Below, piece by piece: positions 39,576 to 49,039 of a DNA stretch of 64,000 nt. A model generated the notes under the pieces. That model was not told the DNA's origin, did no database searches, and saw nothing but the letters and a program-made list of their open reading frames with translations. The DNA lies in the IMG/VR virus record IMGVR_UViG_3300009703_004110, positions 186,001-250,000 of that record; one strand, written 5' to 3'. A program made the position numbers and the translations under genes. Each line of letters begins with the position of its first letter. The first letter of the stretch is position 1.

Positions 39576-40634
39576 TTAGCCCTTTAGGAAGGTGCCTCGC
39601 AGCTTCTTTTCCATTTCAGGATCGTGACGCCATGCAGCAACAATCTTCTTCGTCTTAGGCTCGTTTAGAAGCTCGATCCAAGTGCTTGAAGTTACATCGG
39701 CAGGAAGAACCTTAAAGAACTCACGAAGAGCGGCCTTCTGAACGTCCCCAATTTTCTTGGACGGACGCCTCTTCAATTCGGCGACTACTGCATTGGCGTG
39801 TGCCGCAATAACCTCGATATCAGAGCAAGCTCCTTCGACTCGGTCTTTCACTTCGTCCCACTTGTCAAGAATGTCGGCCGCACGTAGACGTGAGAACTCA
39901 TTCTGAACATACTTCTGGAACATAGCTGCGATTTCAGAACCGAGCCATCCCTTTACGACCTGAGTGAGCAAACCTTCTCGTCCACCGGAATAAAGACCGA
40001 GAGACTTAAGTGACTTGTCACAAGCAACCCAACTACGACGAGAAGGATATACTCGTCCAGCCTCAAGGTTACCAACCGGAGGATCTAGTACTTGCTGATT
40101 TGATCTAACAAATTCTATTACCTCTTCTGATACGCCATTGGCATCTGCCCACTTCAACCATTCCTTGTGAGAAGGATCAAAGTCGATGATAAACCAGCGA
40201 TCAAGTAGTGCCGGGTCAAGCTCGACAACATCGTAATCGTCGTCAGCATTTACCGCCGTTACAACTCTCCATCCACTCGGAAGGTTTTCACCATCCAGGC
40301 GACGGTCAAGACAGATTTCGAATACTGCCTGCAAAACGTCCTTAGACGCTCTGTTAAGCTCATCGAAGAACAAGATTCCACCAGACTCGGGATCACGTGG
40401 CCACCAATAGGGCTTAGCAAAATCCGTTCTCTTTTCGGCTTCATCGATAAAGGGCAAACCCTTAATATCTCCAACTTCACACTGACTCAGACGAACATCG
40501 AAAAATTCGATACCCATTTCTTCTGCCGCTTGCTTAACAACAGATGACTTTCCAACACCGTGCTTAGCACGAAGCATAACTGAAAAGGCCGTTGGCAATG
40601 TTTTCAACAGATCTTTAGTTTGATTTGCATTCAT
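39576..40634 (-). CDS. MoxR-like AAA+ ATPase
   Basis: AKHGVGKS, LFFDELNRA, DPALLDRW; adjacent to the VWA partner. Confidence 0.88.
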   Translation of the reverse strand: MNANQTKDLLKTLPTAFSVMLRAKHGVGKSSVVKQAAEEMGIEFFDVRLSQCEVGDIKGLPFIDEAEKRTDFAKPYWWPRDPESGGILFFDELNRASKDVLQAVFEICLDRRLDGENLPSGWRVVTAVNADDDYDVVELDPALLDRWFIIDFDPSHKEWLKWADANGVSEEVIEFVRSNQQVLDPPVGNLEAGRVYPSRRSWVACDKSLKSLGLYSGGREGLLTQVVKGWLGSEIAAMFQKYVQNEFSRLRAADILDKWDEVKDRVEGACSDIEVIAAHANAVVAELKRRPSKKIGDVQKAALREFFKVLPADVTSSTWIELLNEPKTKKIVAAWRHDPEMEKKLRGTFLKG

Positions 40635-40732
40635 TTAGTTTTTCCTCGTTTAAATTAACCTAATATACCAACGACACAACTATCGGTATACAACACACTA
40701 TTACCCTTAGGTTTTTGTTTTTAGGCTAATCT

Positions 40733-41056
40733 TTACTTGGAGTCACCAAAGTCTACTTCTAGTAATCTACCATGCTGTCTAACTGCGGCCATTAAAACCA
40801 AATCAATCATCCTCCTTAATTCCGGTGAAGTTGTCTGATCTGCTCTTACATCCCTCATATCATGAATAATTAAAGATGTAATGCTGGCAACTTCGCCTGG
40901 CATCAAGGGTTGTGGCTGCATTTGCTGACCACGTAATTTCTGTATTTGACCTTGGGCGTCTTGAACCCTATTCATTAGGTCTGCCAAGTCGCCATTTTTA
41001 AGCGCGCTTAAAACGTCTTCTGCTTCCTGAGTTGACTCAGATGTATTTTCACTCAT
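40733..41056 (-). CDS. hypothetical protein
   Basis: 107 aa, AGGAG SD. Confidence 0.65.
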   Translation of the reverse strand: MSENTSESTQEAEDVLSALKNGDLADLMNRVQDAQGQIQKLRGQQMQPQPLMPGEVASITSLIIHDMRDVRADQTTSPELRRMIDLVLMAAVRQHGRLLEVDFGDSK

Positions 41057-41065
41057 TTTATTCTC

Positions 41066-42130
41066 CTATCTTTGTATTGTGCCATAAGCATGTGATTCAG
41101 AGAGTCCTGAACCGGTTATTTTAATAAATGTGGCATTTTGCCTTAGTTCTTCTAAATTATCAGCATTTGCATAAGTAAAGCCAACTTTTAAGCCTCCTAT
41201 GAACTCTCCAACAACCCTTTCCAAGCTTCCCTTGTATGGGGTTAGTGTAGAGACACCCTCAGCCACTGTTCCTTTTTTCATTCCGCCTTTCTTTTCCATT
41301 TGAACTTCTGCGCTCGCCATTCCTCTATATTTCTTCCAAGCTTTACCGTCGTTTGTATAGATTTTTTCACCAGGAGCTTCTTTGGTTCCGGCCAATATTC
41401 CTCCGCACATTATAGCAGAAGCACCGGCCCCAATGCTCTTGGATAAGTCCATCGGATATTTAATACCGCCATCTGCAATTAAAGCAACGCCTGTCTTTGC
41501 AGAAATATCTGCACAGTCAAGAATGGAAGCAAAAGTTGGCATTCCAAAGCCGGTTTGAATTCTAGTTTTACAAATAGAACCGCCGCCTATACCAACTCTA
41601 ATGGCACTTGCACTAAGCTCGGTTAGAAACTCAAAGCCCTCAGCAGTAGCTACATTTCCAACCATTAATGGGATATCACCATGAGTCATATCCTGTATAT
41701 ATTGTACCGCATCACGCATCAAAACGTGGTATCCGTTTGCTATATCAATAGAAAACATATCTATACTATTACCGTACTCTCGATACAAATATCTGGCTCG
41801 TTCTAGCTCACTTTTAGTGACCCCTATCGCCGGCACTACAAAGGTACCCTCGTTTGGCGGCAAAAGCATGACACGCATAATCTCAGCCTGTCTCTGTGGA
41901 GTCATAAATCTGTGCAACACTCCCAGTCCACCCAGCTTAGATATAGCGACTGCCATTTCAAGCTCTGTAACTGTATCCATTGGAGATGAAATAATTGGTA
42001 TTTCCAGTTTAAGTGGACCAATCATAGTTGAAGTATCTCCACCTAATCTTGATAGCTTTTCAGAATATACATTTGGAAGAAGCAAAACATCATCGAATGC
42101 TAAGCACTCTTTAATCTCTTTAATTCTCAT
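41066..42130 (-). CDS. IMPDH/GMP reductase family (no CBS domains); GMP reductase-like flap
   Basis: FDDVLLLP, SSPMDTVTE, IDIANG, GNVAT, VGIGGGSICKTR, ADGGI, YRGMAS, AEG. Confidence 0.9.
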   Translation of the reverse strand: MRIKEIKECLAFDDVLLLPNVYSEKLSRLGGDTSTMIGPLKLEIPIISSPMDTVTELEMAVAISKLGGLGVLHRFMTPQRQAEIMRVMLLPPNEGTFVVPAIGVTKSELERARYLYREYGNSIDMFSIDIANGYHVLMRDAVQYIQDMTHGDIPLMVGNVATAEGFEFLTELSASAIRVGIGGGSICKTRIQTGFGMPTFASILDCADISAKTGVALIADGGIKYPMDLSKSIGAGASAIMCGGILAGTKEAPGEKIYTNDGKAWKKYRGMASAEVQMEKKGGMKKGTVAEGVSTLTPYKGSLERVVGEFIGGLKVGFTYANADNLEELRQNATFIKITGSGLSESHAYGTIQR

Positions 42131-42705
42131 TTAACCCTCCTGCCAAATCTTTCCATAGAATAAAAACCTTGGAAATCTATAGCCAAACTCTCAGTGCCGC
42201 CAATCCAGTATTGATCCCAGCACATCGTATCATAAAAGTAATGTGACATTTCATGACCAAGCAAAACCCTATCTATAATCAAAGAGTCTCTATCAGTCAG
42301 CAATATCGATGACGTGTCCGGGTCTTCCGTATAAGGATCATACATAGCCCATCTATCATCTACATTATTTTCGGTTACCGGATATCTATTTTTATCATTT
42401 ATGACACTTGGGCTTACAATATAGATATCCAAATTAACTTCTTTACATATGTCAGTTGGAAAGCCTTTATTCTGAGCATATCGTTTTATCGAATCATTTA
42501 TAATCTTAACTTCTCGCTGTACAAACTCTGGACTAAACGTTGTGTTTCTTGGGGTATACAACATTATATCAATATCTGCTTGTACTACATCAACGTTAGT
42601 GAATTTAATATCACCAAGCGGACTATAGTGTGAAGGCGATACCGCGCCAAGTAAAAGCAAAGCAGCTAAAAGTAAGATTACAAGGTTACCTGTCCCTTTT
42701 CTCAT
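42127..42705 (-). CDS. secreted protein with HExxH (zincin-like) motif
   Basis: signal peptide; LLGHEMSHY. Confidence 0.55.
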   Translation of the reverse strand: MRKGTGNLVILLLAALLLLGAVSPSHYSPLGDIKFTNVDVVQADIDIMLYTPRNTTFSPEFVQREVKIINDSIKRYAQNKGFPTDICKEVNLDIYIVSPSVINDKNRYPVTENNVDDRWAMYDPYTEDPDTSSILLTDRDSLIIDRVLLGHEMSHYFYDTMCWDQYWIGGTESLAIDFQGFYSMERFGRRVK

Positions 42706-42865
42706 ATGTTATATCTTTACTCTCAACCTCTAAGATATCTACCTTTAAAGTCGGCATAGCGCGGAGCCACTCTAGATCCCATCGAGATAGCCCATAATGA
42801 ATATCAACACGCCCGCTATCTCTATTTGTAACCTTTACTTTGTAGTACCTCTTCTTTCTAGTCAT
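42686..42865 (-). CDS. small basic hypothetical protein (59 aa; not in ORF track)
   Basis: MTRKKRYYKVKVTNRDSG...YEKRDR*; AGGAG SD, fills the gap. Confidence 0.6.
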   Translation of the reverse strand: MTRKKRYYKVKVTNRDSGRVDIHYGLSRWDLEWLRAMPTLKVDILEVESKDITYEKRDR

Positions 42866-43589
42866 TATTCTCTCCTAAATTATTTAGGCGTTGCTCAATT
42901 ATTGACCGTATATTTTCACTCTTTTGGAAGTTTCGATTGCCAAGGATATACGGTAGCTCCTCTACATCGATTTTTTTAACAAGATGTCTAACCACCTTAA
43001 ATGATAGGTCATCTTTCATTTCCTTAAGTTTTGGGTATCCTATGGGGGCCATCATGACGCCTACTTCTCGTATTTCGCATCGTGGATCTGAAAGCATTTT
43101 GTCCAATGCTTTTCGCCCTAATTTAATCATTGCAGCCTTACGAACTTTGGCCGTCTTATCATCTGATAGTTTTAATAAAGTTTCAGTATTGCAACCTTTC
43201 ATAGCTAAAAGCTTATGAGTCATAATCGGACTTTCGGCTAGTCTGTCAAATAAGTCAAAACTGTAATACTCCGCCACATAAGCTCTAGACGCTAAGAAGC
43301 TAAAATTTAGAGTTGCCTCTTCCCAGTGCTTTACTTTACCTACATTGCATTTGGCTATTTGACTATAAAACAAATTAACAGTCCAGTCATCATAATTGGA
43401 AATAGCTGCCGCGATTTCTTCAATATTCTCAATAGCTTCAGTGTCAAGCTCAACCAAAATACGCATCTCTTCTCTTGATAAAAAGTCTGTTACAGTCTTA
43501 GTCGGAGTTTTCCAACGTGAAGAAATTGAGTTAATACACTTTTGATAAAATGTATTATTATCATTAAATGTTGATATATCATCCATCAT
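42858..43589 (-). CDS. hypothetical helical (HEAT-like) protein
   Basis: DKTAKVRKAA / DPRCEIREVG repeats; start re-called at MMDD after AAGGA. Confidence 0.6.
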   Translation of the reverse strand: MMDDISTFNDNNTFYQKCINSISSRWKTPTKTVTDFLSREEMRILVELDTEAIENIEEIAAAISNYDDWTVNLFYSQIAKCNVGKVKHWEEATLNFSFLASRAYVAEYYSFDLFDRLAESPIMTHKLLAMKGCNTETLLKLSDDKTAKVRKAAMIKLGRKALDKMLSDPRCEIREVGVMMAPIGYPKLKEMKDDLSFKVVRHLVKKIDVEELPYILGNRNFQKSENIRSIIEQRLNNLGENND

Positions 43590-43646
43590 AAGATCCTTGT
43601 AAATTTTTTGTACCCAAACTTTCAAGAGCGAAAGCTCAACCGGAGT

Positions 43647-44480
43647 TTAGCTTAGCTCTTCTAGTGATTTAACTCCAAAGCCGGAAGCATTTCGATGACC
43701 GCCGCCACCAGGGAATTTTTCAGCAATATCCGCAACATCGACACCATCATCTGTTGACCTTAATGAAAAAGCATAAAATTCGCCATCAAAGTGGTAGCCT
43801 GCTGCGAATGGGACGCCCTCTTTGCCGGCCAAGATACCTACACCTTCGCTTCTAAAGAATGGCGTATTAATTGCCGGAACTTCATAGCCCTTAATGTTAA
43901 GAGTATGAGAATGTTCAAGCATATTTTTAACAACGCTATCTCTATACTGCTTAATTGCCGCACCCTTTCCAAGCACTCTTTCAAAGCTTTCTTCTTTTTC
44001 AAATTCATGCTCAAGAACATGCCACTTATCAAAGTCATATCCTACAGAATCAGAATATAATAACACTTCGTCTGCGTTATCTAATTCCCAATTCCATAAG
44101 TCTCTGTCCTGAATAAATCTTAATAGTCTTGGTGGCGGACGACTAAATAAATAGTCCCACGAAATTACCGCACCAGATCTCTTCATATCAAAGTGACAGA
44201 AATCTAAATCGCCAATGCTTTCCATAGCTGTTTTGTGATGGTCTAAAACGGTTAATTCTGCGGCAACATCATTTAGTGCCAATAACTGTTCTCGCGGAAG
44301 AGATATATCTGCCATAAAGACTCTCTTTCCCGCATATTCATTTACGTCCAACTCTTCTCTCAAATGATGTAGAAGAGGATGGTAATCTATACTATCACCA
44401 TACTTACGCCAGAAAGCATAAGCAGAGCCGAATCCATCAGGACAGCGCCCATGATAGAATAGAATTGTATCTTTATTCAT
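43647..44480 (-). CDS. DHH/DHHA1 phosphoesterase
   Basis: YHGRCPDG, LDHHKT, DRDLW, GGGHRNASGF. Confidence 0.9.
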   Translation of the reverse strand: MNKDTILFYHGRCPDGFGSAYAFWRKYGDSIDYHPLLHHLREELDVNEYAGKRVFMADISLPREQLLALNDVAAELTVLDHHKTAMESIGDLDFCHFDMKRSGAVISWDYLFSRPPPRLLRFIQDRDLWNWELDNADEVLLYSDSVGYDFDKWHVLEHEFEKEESFERVLGKGAAIKQYRDSVVKNMLEHSHTLNIKGYEVPAINTPFFRSEGVGILAGKEGVPFAAGYHFDGEFYAFSLRSTDDGVDVADIAEKFPGGGGHRNASGFGVKSLEELS

Positions 44481-44487
44481 TTCTTAC

Positions 44488-45515
44488 CTATATTGTTTCA
44501 GGAGAATATGAGAATTTAACTTCTTCAATAAGCGGGCACCTACTTCTAACGATTCTATTGATCTCGAATTTCATGGTATATAGATTACTGAACCCTCTGA
44601 GTTTTCCATCTAAATATGCCGCATATTCTCCAACCGACTCTAACACGTCGCACTTACTTATAACAAGGTGCGTGGTTCCGGTAATGTTAATTGATTTGAT
44701 TAATCTGTCAAGATCCAAATATCGGACCTTTCTTCTGCGCCCTGTTGTTACTCCGAACTCTTGTCCTTCGTCTGCTATCCTAAGCAGTACAGGATCGTCT
44801 AATAGCGAGGGAGGAAATAGCGGGTCTTCACCACTTCTGGTATCATAAATTTTAGCAGCACCCCAAATCTCTCGTATTTTCTGTGGTGGAATACCAAGAC
44901 TGCAAGCTCCATATGGGAGTGTAATGCTTGATGTTACAAAGGGATAATTTCCATGATCTATATCAAGCCAGACACCCTGGGCCCCCTCACATAAAATTCT
45001 ACCCTGGAGAGTATCCCTGTACAAAAGATTCTCTGATAAAACTTGCTCAGCCAAAAGCCCTGTTCTTGCGTGCTTATCAGCATACACAGGAGCTATGCCT
45101 TTACTGGTAGTACCAAGTTTACCGGCGAGATTGTTCTTGTCAAACTCTATGTGTTTTTCTTGTACAATATGACAGTTTGGAGATACCTTTACTAATGAGG
45201 TGTCAAATCCATTCTCTTCTAAATAATCAAGCTCTGCTTGAAAAGACGGAGGATGCAAAACACACCCAGGACCAACTAAAGATAATTTTCCGTGGAAAAC
45301 TCCAGAAGGAACTAAATGTGTTTTGTATTTCTTACCGTCTACAAAAACAGTATGACCAGCGTTATTTCCACCGGCCCATCTTGCCACTATGTCATATTCT
45401 CTATGATCAGCCAAGTGACTGGTGATCTTACCTTTTGCTTCGTCGCTTTGTTGTTGTTAACCCCGAAGGGTCAACCCCAACATAAACCAATTACTACATC
45501 TGCGTAATCAATCAT
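44488..45515 (-). CDS. purA: adenylosuccinate synthetase (short form, 332 aa if the gap is skipped), interrupted by a 29-nt insert
   Basis: segment 1 (45515-45474) MIDYADVVIGLCWG after AGGAGG; segment 2 (45444-44488) DEAKGK...GGNNAGHT...GTTSKGIAP...EGAQG...YPFVTSS...TTGRRR. Confidence 0.88.
45445..45473 (-). other. 29-nt coding gap with stop codon and UUCG hairpin (candidate translational-bypass element)
   Basis: GGT|TGACCCTTCGGGGTTAACAACAACAAAGC|GAC; stem GUUGACCC-UUCG-GGGUUAAC. Confidence 0.7.
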
Positions 45516-45562
45516 GCCGGATAATCCTCCTATTTATTATGGTCAACAAGAAATATAACAAG

Positions 45563-45820
45563 TTATTCATCATCGAAGAGATTAATATTAGCCTGCGCTG
45601 TACCATCCTTAGCCAGAAGTACAAGCACTTCTCCTTCAAGGATTTCGCCATCTTTATATTCTGGTGGATTCGAATTTACTCTAGAACCTTCTGGAAGACT
45701 AACAATATATGCATCAGGGTCTCGCAAATCAGCAGAGCCCCACGGAGTAATGGCCTCTACAATTAAAACAGGCATATCATCGCCGCTAAGTAGTTTGCTG
45801 GCTAATTCGTGACTCGTCAT
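45563..45820 (-). CDS. hypothetical protein
   Basis: 85 aa. Confidence 0.6.
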   Translation of the reverse strand: MTSHELASKLLSGDDMPVLIVEAITPWGSADLRDPDAYIVSLPEGSRVNSNPPEYKDGEILEGEVLVLLAKDGTAQANINLFDDE

Positions 45821-45827
45821 AATTTCT

Positions 45828-46280
45828 CTACTTTGAAAGAGCTACGGAACTTGGACGAGTCAAGAAGATCATACCATCTCTTATATCTCGAACCGTCCCT
45901 GTTATGTCAACCTTATCTCCGACTGCAAAGTCGAAAGCCTTAGGCCAAACCATCCAGTATTTCCAGCCATTGTCATCTTTAGTAATTAAAGCAGGAAAGC
46001 CACGCCACTTATTGGAGCGCCTCTTTACCACAGTAACACTGTTGACAACAATGCTATCACCCGGACTAATGTCTTCTTGTTCGCCCAATTCCATTCCGCT
46101 CAGTATTTGTTCGCACCAGTTATTTATATCCTCAACCCATTTATCAGTTAGGGCCTCAGGTCTATGCTCAACCATATTAGCTGCCGAGTGAATAAAGTTG
46201 GAAATAGGCTGCTCTTGCCTCTTGACTGCAAGCAATCCTATGGCCATAGGGTGCAAGTTATCTAGCTTACTCTTTCCCAT
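45828..46280 (-). CDS. hypothetical protein, possible C-terminal OB fold
   Basis: start re-called at MGKSK after GGAG; GDKVDITGTV. Confidence 0.6.
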   Translation of the reverse strand: MGKSKLDNLHPMAIGLLAVKRQEQPISNFIHSAANMVEHRPEALTDKWVEDINNWCEQILSGMELGEQEDISPGDSIVVNSVTVVKRRSNKWRGFPALITKDDNGWKYWMVWPKAFDFAVGDKVDITGTVRDIRDGMIFLTRPSSVALSK

Positions 46281-46393
46281 TATGTCACTCCTTTGAACTG
46301 TAAACAAACCTCTCTTCTAGATATTACCCGGCAAATTTTATTTTTGAGATAGGCTTTTTATATGCGATACTAAATATAACTATTTAGATTACT

Positions 46394-48256
46394 TTAATTT
46401 CTATCTAACCTTCTGCGACCTCTAGATCTCTCGCGTCTTTCTCGTCTTTCGGACCTGCGACCTTTACCACCAGATAGCTCGCCCCATTCTCTCTGCAGGA
46501 TAATATACACAATAAACTGTAAGTGCTCAGTTCTATGCTTTGCAGTATATGGAACGTCCGGAGCTTTCTCTTCGTGGAAAGATCTTGCTGATCCAAGTTG
46601 ATTTCGAATACTATCAGCTACATCAGCACGAGACATTAAATCTCTGGCCACTTTATCTAAATCGCTGCCTTCGCCTTCAATAGTCTTGGCAAGATGACGT
46701 ATATATCTATTTACTCGTCTTCTGGCTATGCCGCCTCCGAGAGCTTTTTCTTGCTTGAGAGCTTCGCCAACGGGATCTTCTCCCTCTGCAAAGTGCGGAA
46801 TCTTCTCTTCTGATAACTGTAGTAAGATCCTTCTAAGATCATCTTCAGTAAGCTCTACCTCTACAGCCTCTTCTTCGACATCTTCTTCGCCAGGAAGATC
46901 TGTATCGACTTCATCTAATTCGGCTTCACCAGCTTCTGCGCCCTGCCTTATTGCCAAAACAAAAGCGGCCATTCCTTGGTAATCAGCCGTAGCATCAAGT
47001 GAGTCTGCAACAGACGCCCAATCAGTCTTAATAGCCTCAGGGTCTACCTCGGAACCTTGCTCCGTTAGATACGGGGCAGCCTCTGTGTCTACAAAGTCAT
47101 TCCAAGCACCTTGAGTTTCATCGCCCCAAATACCATCAACGTCTATACCACCTAAAGCTTCTTGTACTGCTCTAACGCCCGAACTACCAGATTCTCCAGT
47201 ATCTTCACGAGGACCTGAAGCAACAGGTTGAGTCTGAGTTCTCCTAGTCGGCTCTCCACCTTCTGTAAACTCACCACTAGCCATATTGTACATGCCGGCC
47301 AGCCATTCAATCATAACAGGCAAAGTAGCCTTCGTGTTATTCATATCCTGAGTCTTCTTGGCAATTTTTTCTGCCATCTGAGCCATTGAGTTGGCTCCAC
47401 CTCCAGATTTTCCATCAGCTTCCGCCGCGGCCTTTATGGAACTCTCATATTCTGCTTTATCAAATGTAGCGGGATTAAATAGATTAACCTCACTCCATTC
47501 GTCTATATAATCTGGCCAACTCTCTTTAGCCGCCCACTGACTGGCAGTAACTTTAAAGCTTTCGTAAATAACTTTAAGCTCGTCAAAGAGGCGATCATAT
47601 TCATGATCAAATTTCATTGTTATTGATGTTGCCATCTTCTTTAAAGCAACTTCGTCATAAAGTGCTTCCATCTGACCTTTGTCATCAAGCTCAAGTGGTA
47701 TATCTAATTCTTTAATAATTGCAAACCATCTCTCATTAGTCATCTCGCCCTTGCGAGTGTACCAATGGCCCTCTGTCTCTAGAGCTTGTCCGTAATCATC
47801 CGGATCTGTTCCAACAATATTTGTATATTGAGTCTGTGCCACCCTAAGAAGCCTAACTTTCTGAGCTTCACTTGCTAATCCAACAAGCTTTAATGACTTC
47901 TCAAGCTTAGCCAGCGACTCAGACATATCTTCATCGTCATCGGAATCATTAGCTGGAGGTAGAGATACCGGACCTTCTCCGGAGAAAAACTGCTTTTCCA
48001 TATCATCGCTAGGTATGCCCATTCTATTTGCATATGGAGCATCACCAATCGGAATGCCCATAGCGCCCTTGCTTAGATCAGCACCGACAGTCGGGACTGT
48101 CCACTGAGCATCACCAGCAGGCATATGCTGTCCAGACGCAACATCAACTTCCGTAGTAATGGCGCTGATGTCGTCCACCTGATCTGCTATTTCGATATGT
48201 CCTAGCTCATCTAAATCAGATGCTAGTTTCGATAATTCTTCAAAAATGCTTGACAT
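46394..48256 (-). CDS. acidic 620-aa protein with a peptidoglycan-binding-domain-like segment (possible virion protein)
   Basis: VRAVQEALGGIDVDGIWGDETQGA resembles PG_binding_1; Arg-rich tail. Confidence 0.6.
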   Translation of the reverse strand: MSSIFEELSKLASDLDELGHIEIADQVDDISAITTEVDVASGQHMPAGDAQWTVPTVGADLSKGAMGIPIGDAPYANRMGIPSDDMEKQFFSGEGPVSLPPANDSDDDEDMSESLAKLEKSLKLVGLASEAQKVRLLRVAQTQYTNIVGTDPDDYGQALETEGHWYTRKGEMTNERWFAIIKELDIPLELDDKGQMEALYDEVALKKMATSITMKFDHEYDRLFDELKVIYESFKVTASQWAAKESWPDYIDEWSEVNLFNPATFDKAEYESSIKAAAEADGKSGGGANSMAQMAEKIAKKTQDMNNTKATLPVMIEWLAGMYNMASGEFTEGGEPTRRTQTQPVASGPREDTGESGSSGVRAVQEALGGIDVDGIWGDETQGAWNDFVDTEAAPYLTEQGSEVDPEAIKTDWASVADSLDATADYQGMAAFVLAIRQGAEAGEAELDEVDTDLPGEEDVEEEAVEVELTEDDLRRILLQLSEEKIPHFAEGEDPVGEALKQEKALGGGIARRRVNRYIRHLAKTIEGEGSDLDKVARDLMSRADVADSIRNQLGSARSFHEEKAPDVPYTAKHRTEHLQFIVYIILQREWGELSGGKGRRSERRERRERSRGRRRLDRN

Positions 48257-48259
48257 TTC

Positions 48260-49039
48260 TTACCTTCCAAAAGGGGTCTGCGTAGGAAAACTAAACGCCG
48301 CCTCCATAGTTGATATTAAATCTAACGACGCTTCTTTTTGAGACACAAGGTACTCTTCGCGAACCTTTCCGGCAGGTTCATCTGGCTCTGGATACCCACT
48401 GGTATCGGCTTCTTGCTTCGGCGGGAAATCTTCTCTTCCTAGCCAGCCCCTTTCCTGAGCAGTCTTATTGACTTCTGCCATAATCTCTTCGACCTGATCG
48501 GCAAATTTGTATTGCTGCTTTTCGTCCAATGTTGATGCGAGCTTATTAAGCTCTGATAAAAATTCTAACATATTAGCACTCCGATAACTAATGTGAGTTT
48601 CAAGTTTATTCCTAATATTAGTAGCTTGAGCAGAAACACCGGAAAGGGCTTGTCTCGCTGCTTGCTCTGCAACACCTTCTCCACCAGGAAATGGATTCTC
48701 TAAGTCACCAGGGTCATAATCTTTTATATGTCCAAGCTCATGCTCTATAACTTCTTTTAAGGCAAGATAAAGGTTTCTACGATTCGTCTCATCTTCTAGG
48801 TCACCAGTAATACCCTTGGCACCAAGTTCTTGTTCAAATCTTGGTACAACGACATGTATCTTGTCTATTCCACCATCATTATCAGTATCTTCTGTCGATA
48901 CATATCCAATGGCTTGAGCATCAGGTGCCATTCCTTGTTGAAAATCTACCTGAGGATATTGTGATAAATCTGGATAAAACGATTGCATCCTAGAATATGT
49001 TTGAGGCCATGAGCCAAAACTTTGAGCTTTCTTTTTCAT
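48260..49039 (-). CDS. HExxH-containing (zincin-like) protein
   Basis: VIEHELGHIKD...EGVAE. Confidence 0.55.
   Translation of the reverse strand: MKKKAQSFGSWPQTYSRMQSFYPDLSQYPQVDFQQGMAPDAQAIGYVSTEDTDNDGGIDKIHVVVPRFEQELGAKGITGDLEDETNRRNLYLALKEVIEHELGHIKDYDPGDLENPFPGGEGVAEQAARQALSGVSAQATNIRNKLETHISYRSANMLEFLSELNKLASTLDEKQQYKFADQVEEIMAEVNKTAQERGWLGREDFPPKQEADTSGYPEPDEPAGKVREEYLVSQKEASLDLISTMEAAFSFPTQTPFGR

Noticed and set aside
45445-45473. TGA recoding/readthrough or a group I remnant as explanation for the purA break
   Set aside because: Readthrough stays out of frame (29 nt) and stops soon after, and TGA terminates many genes here. There is no U-G splice-site pair, no catalytic core, and an exon-U / terminal-G excision would not restore the frame.
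44488-45515. PurZ (2-aminoadenine genome) instead of PurA
   Set aside because: The reconstructed P-loop keeps the Asp (WGDEAKGK), whereas PurZ/PurZ0 have Ser there, and no DatZ- or MazZ-like gene was recognised nearby.
46370-46387. CTAAATA-N4-TATTTAG palindrome
   Set aside because: Single copy in very AT-rich intergenic DNA; compatible with chance.
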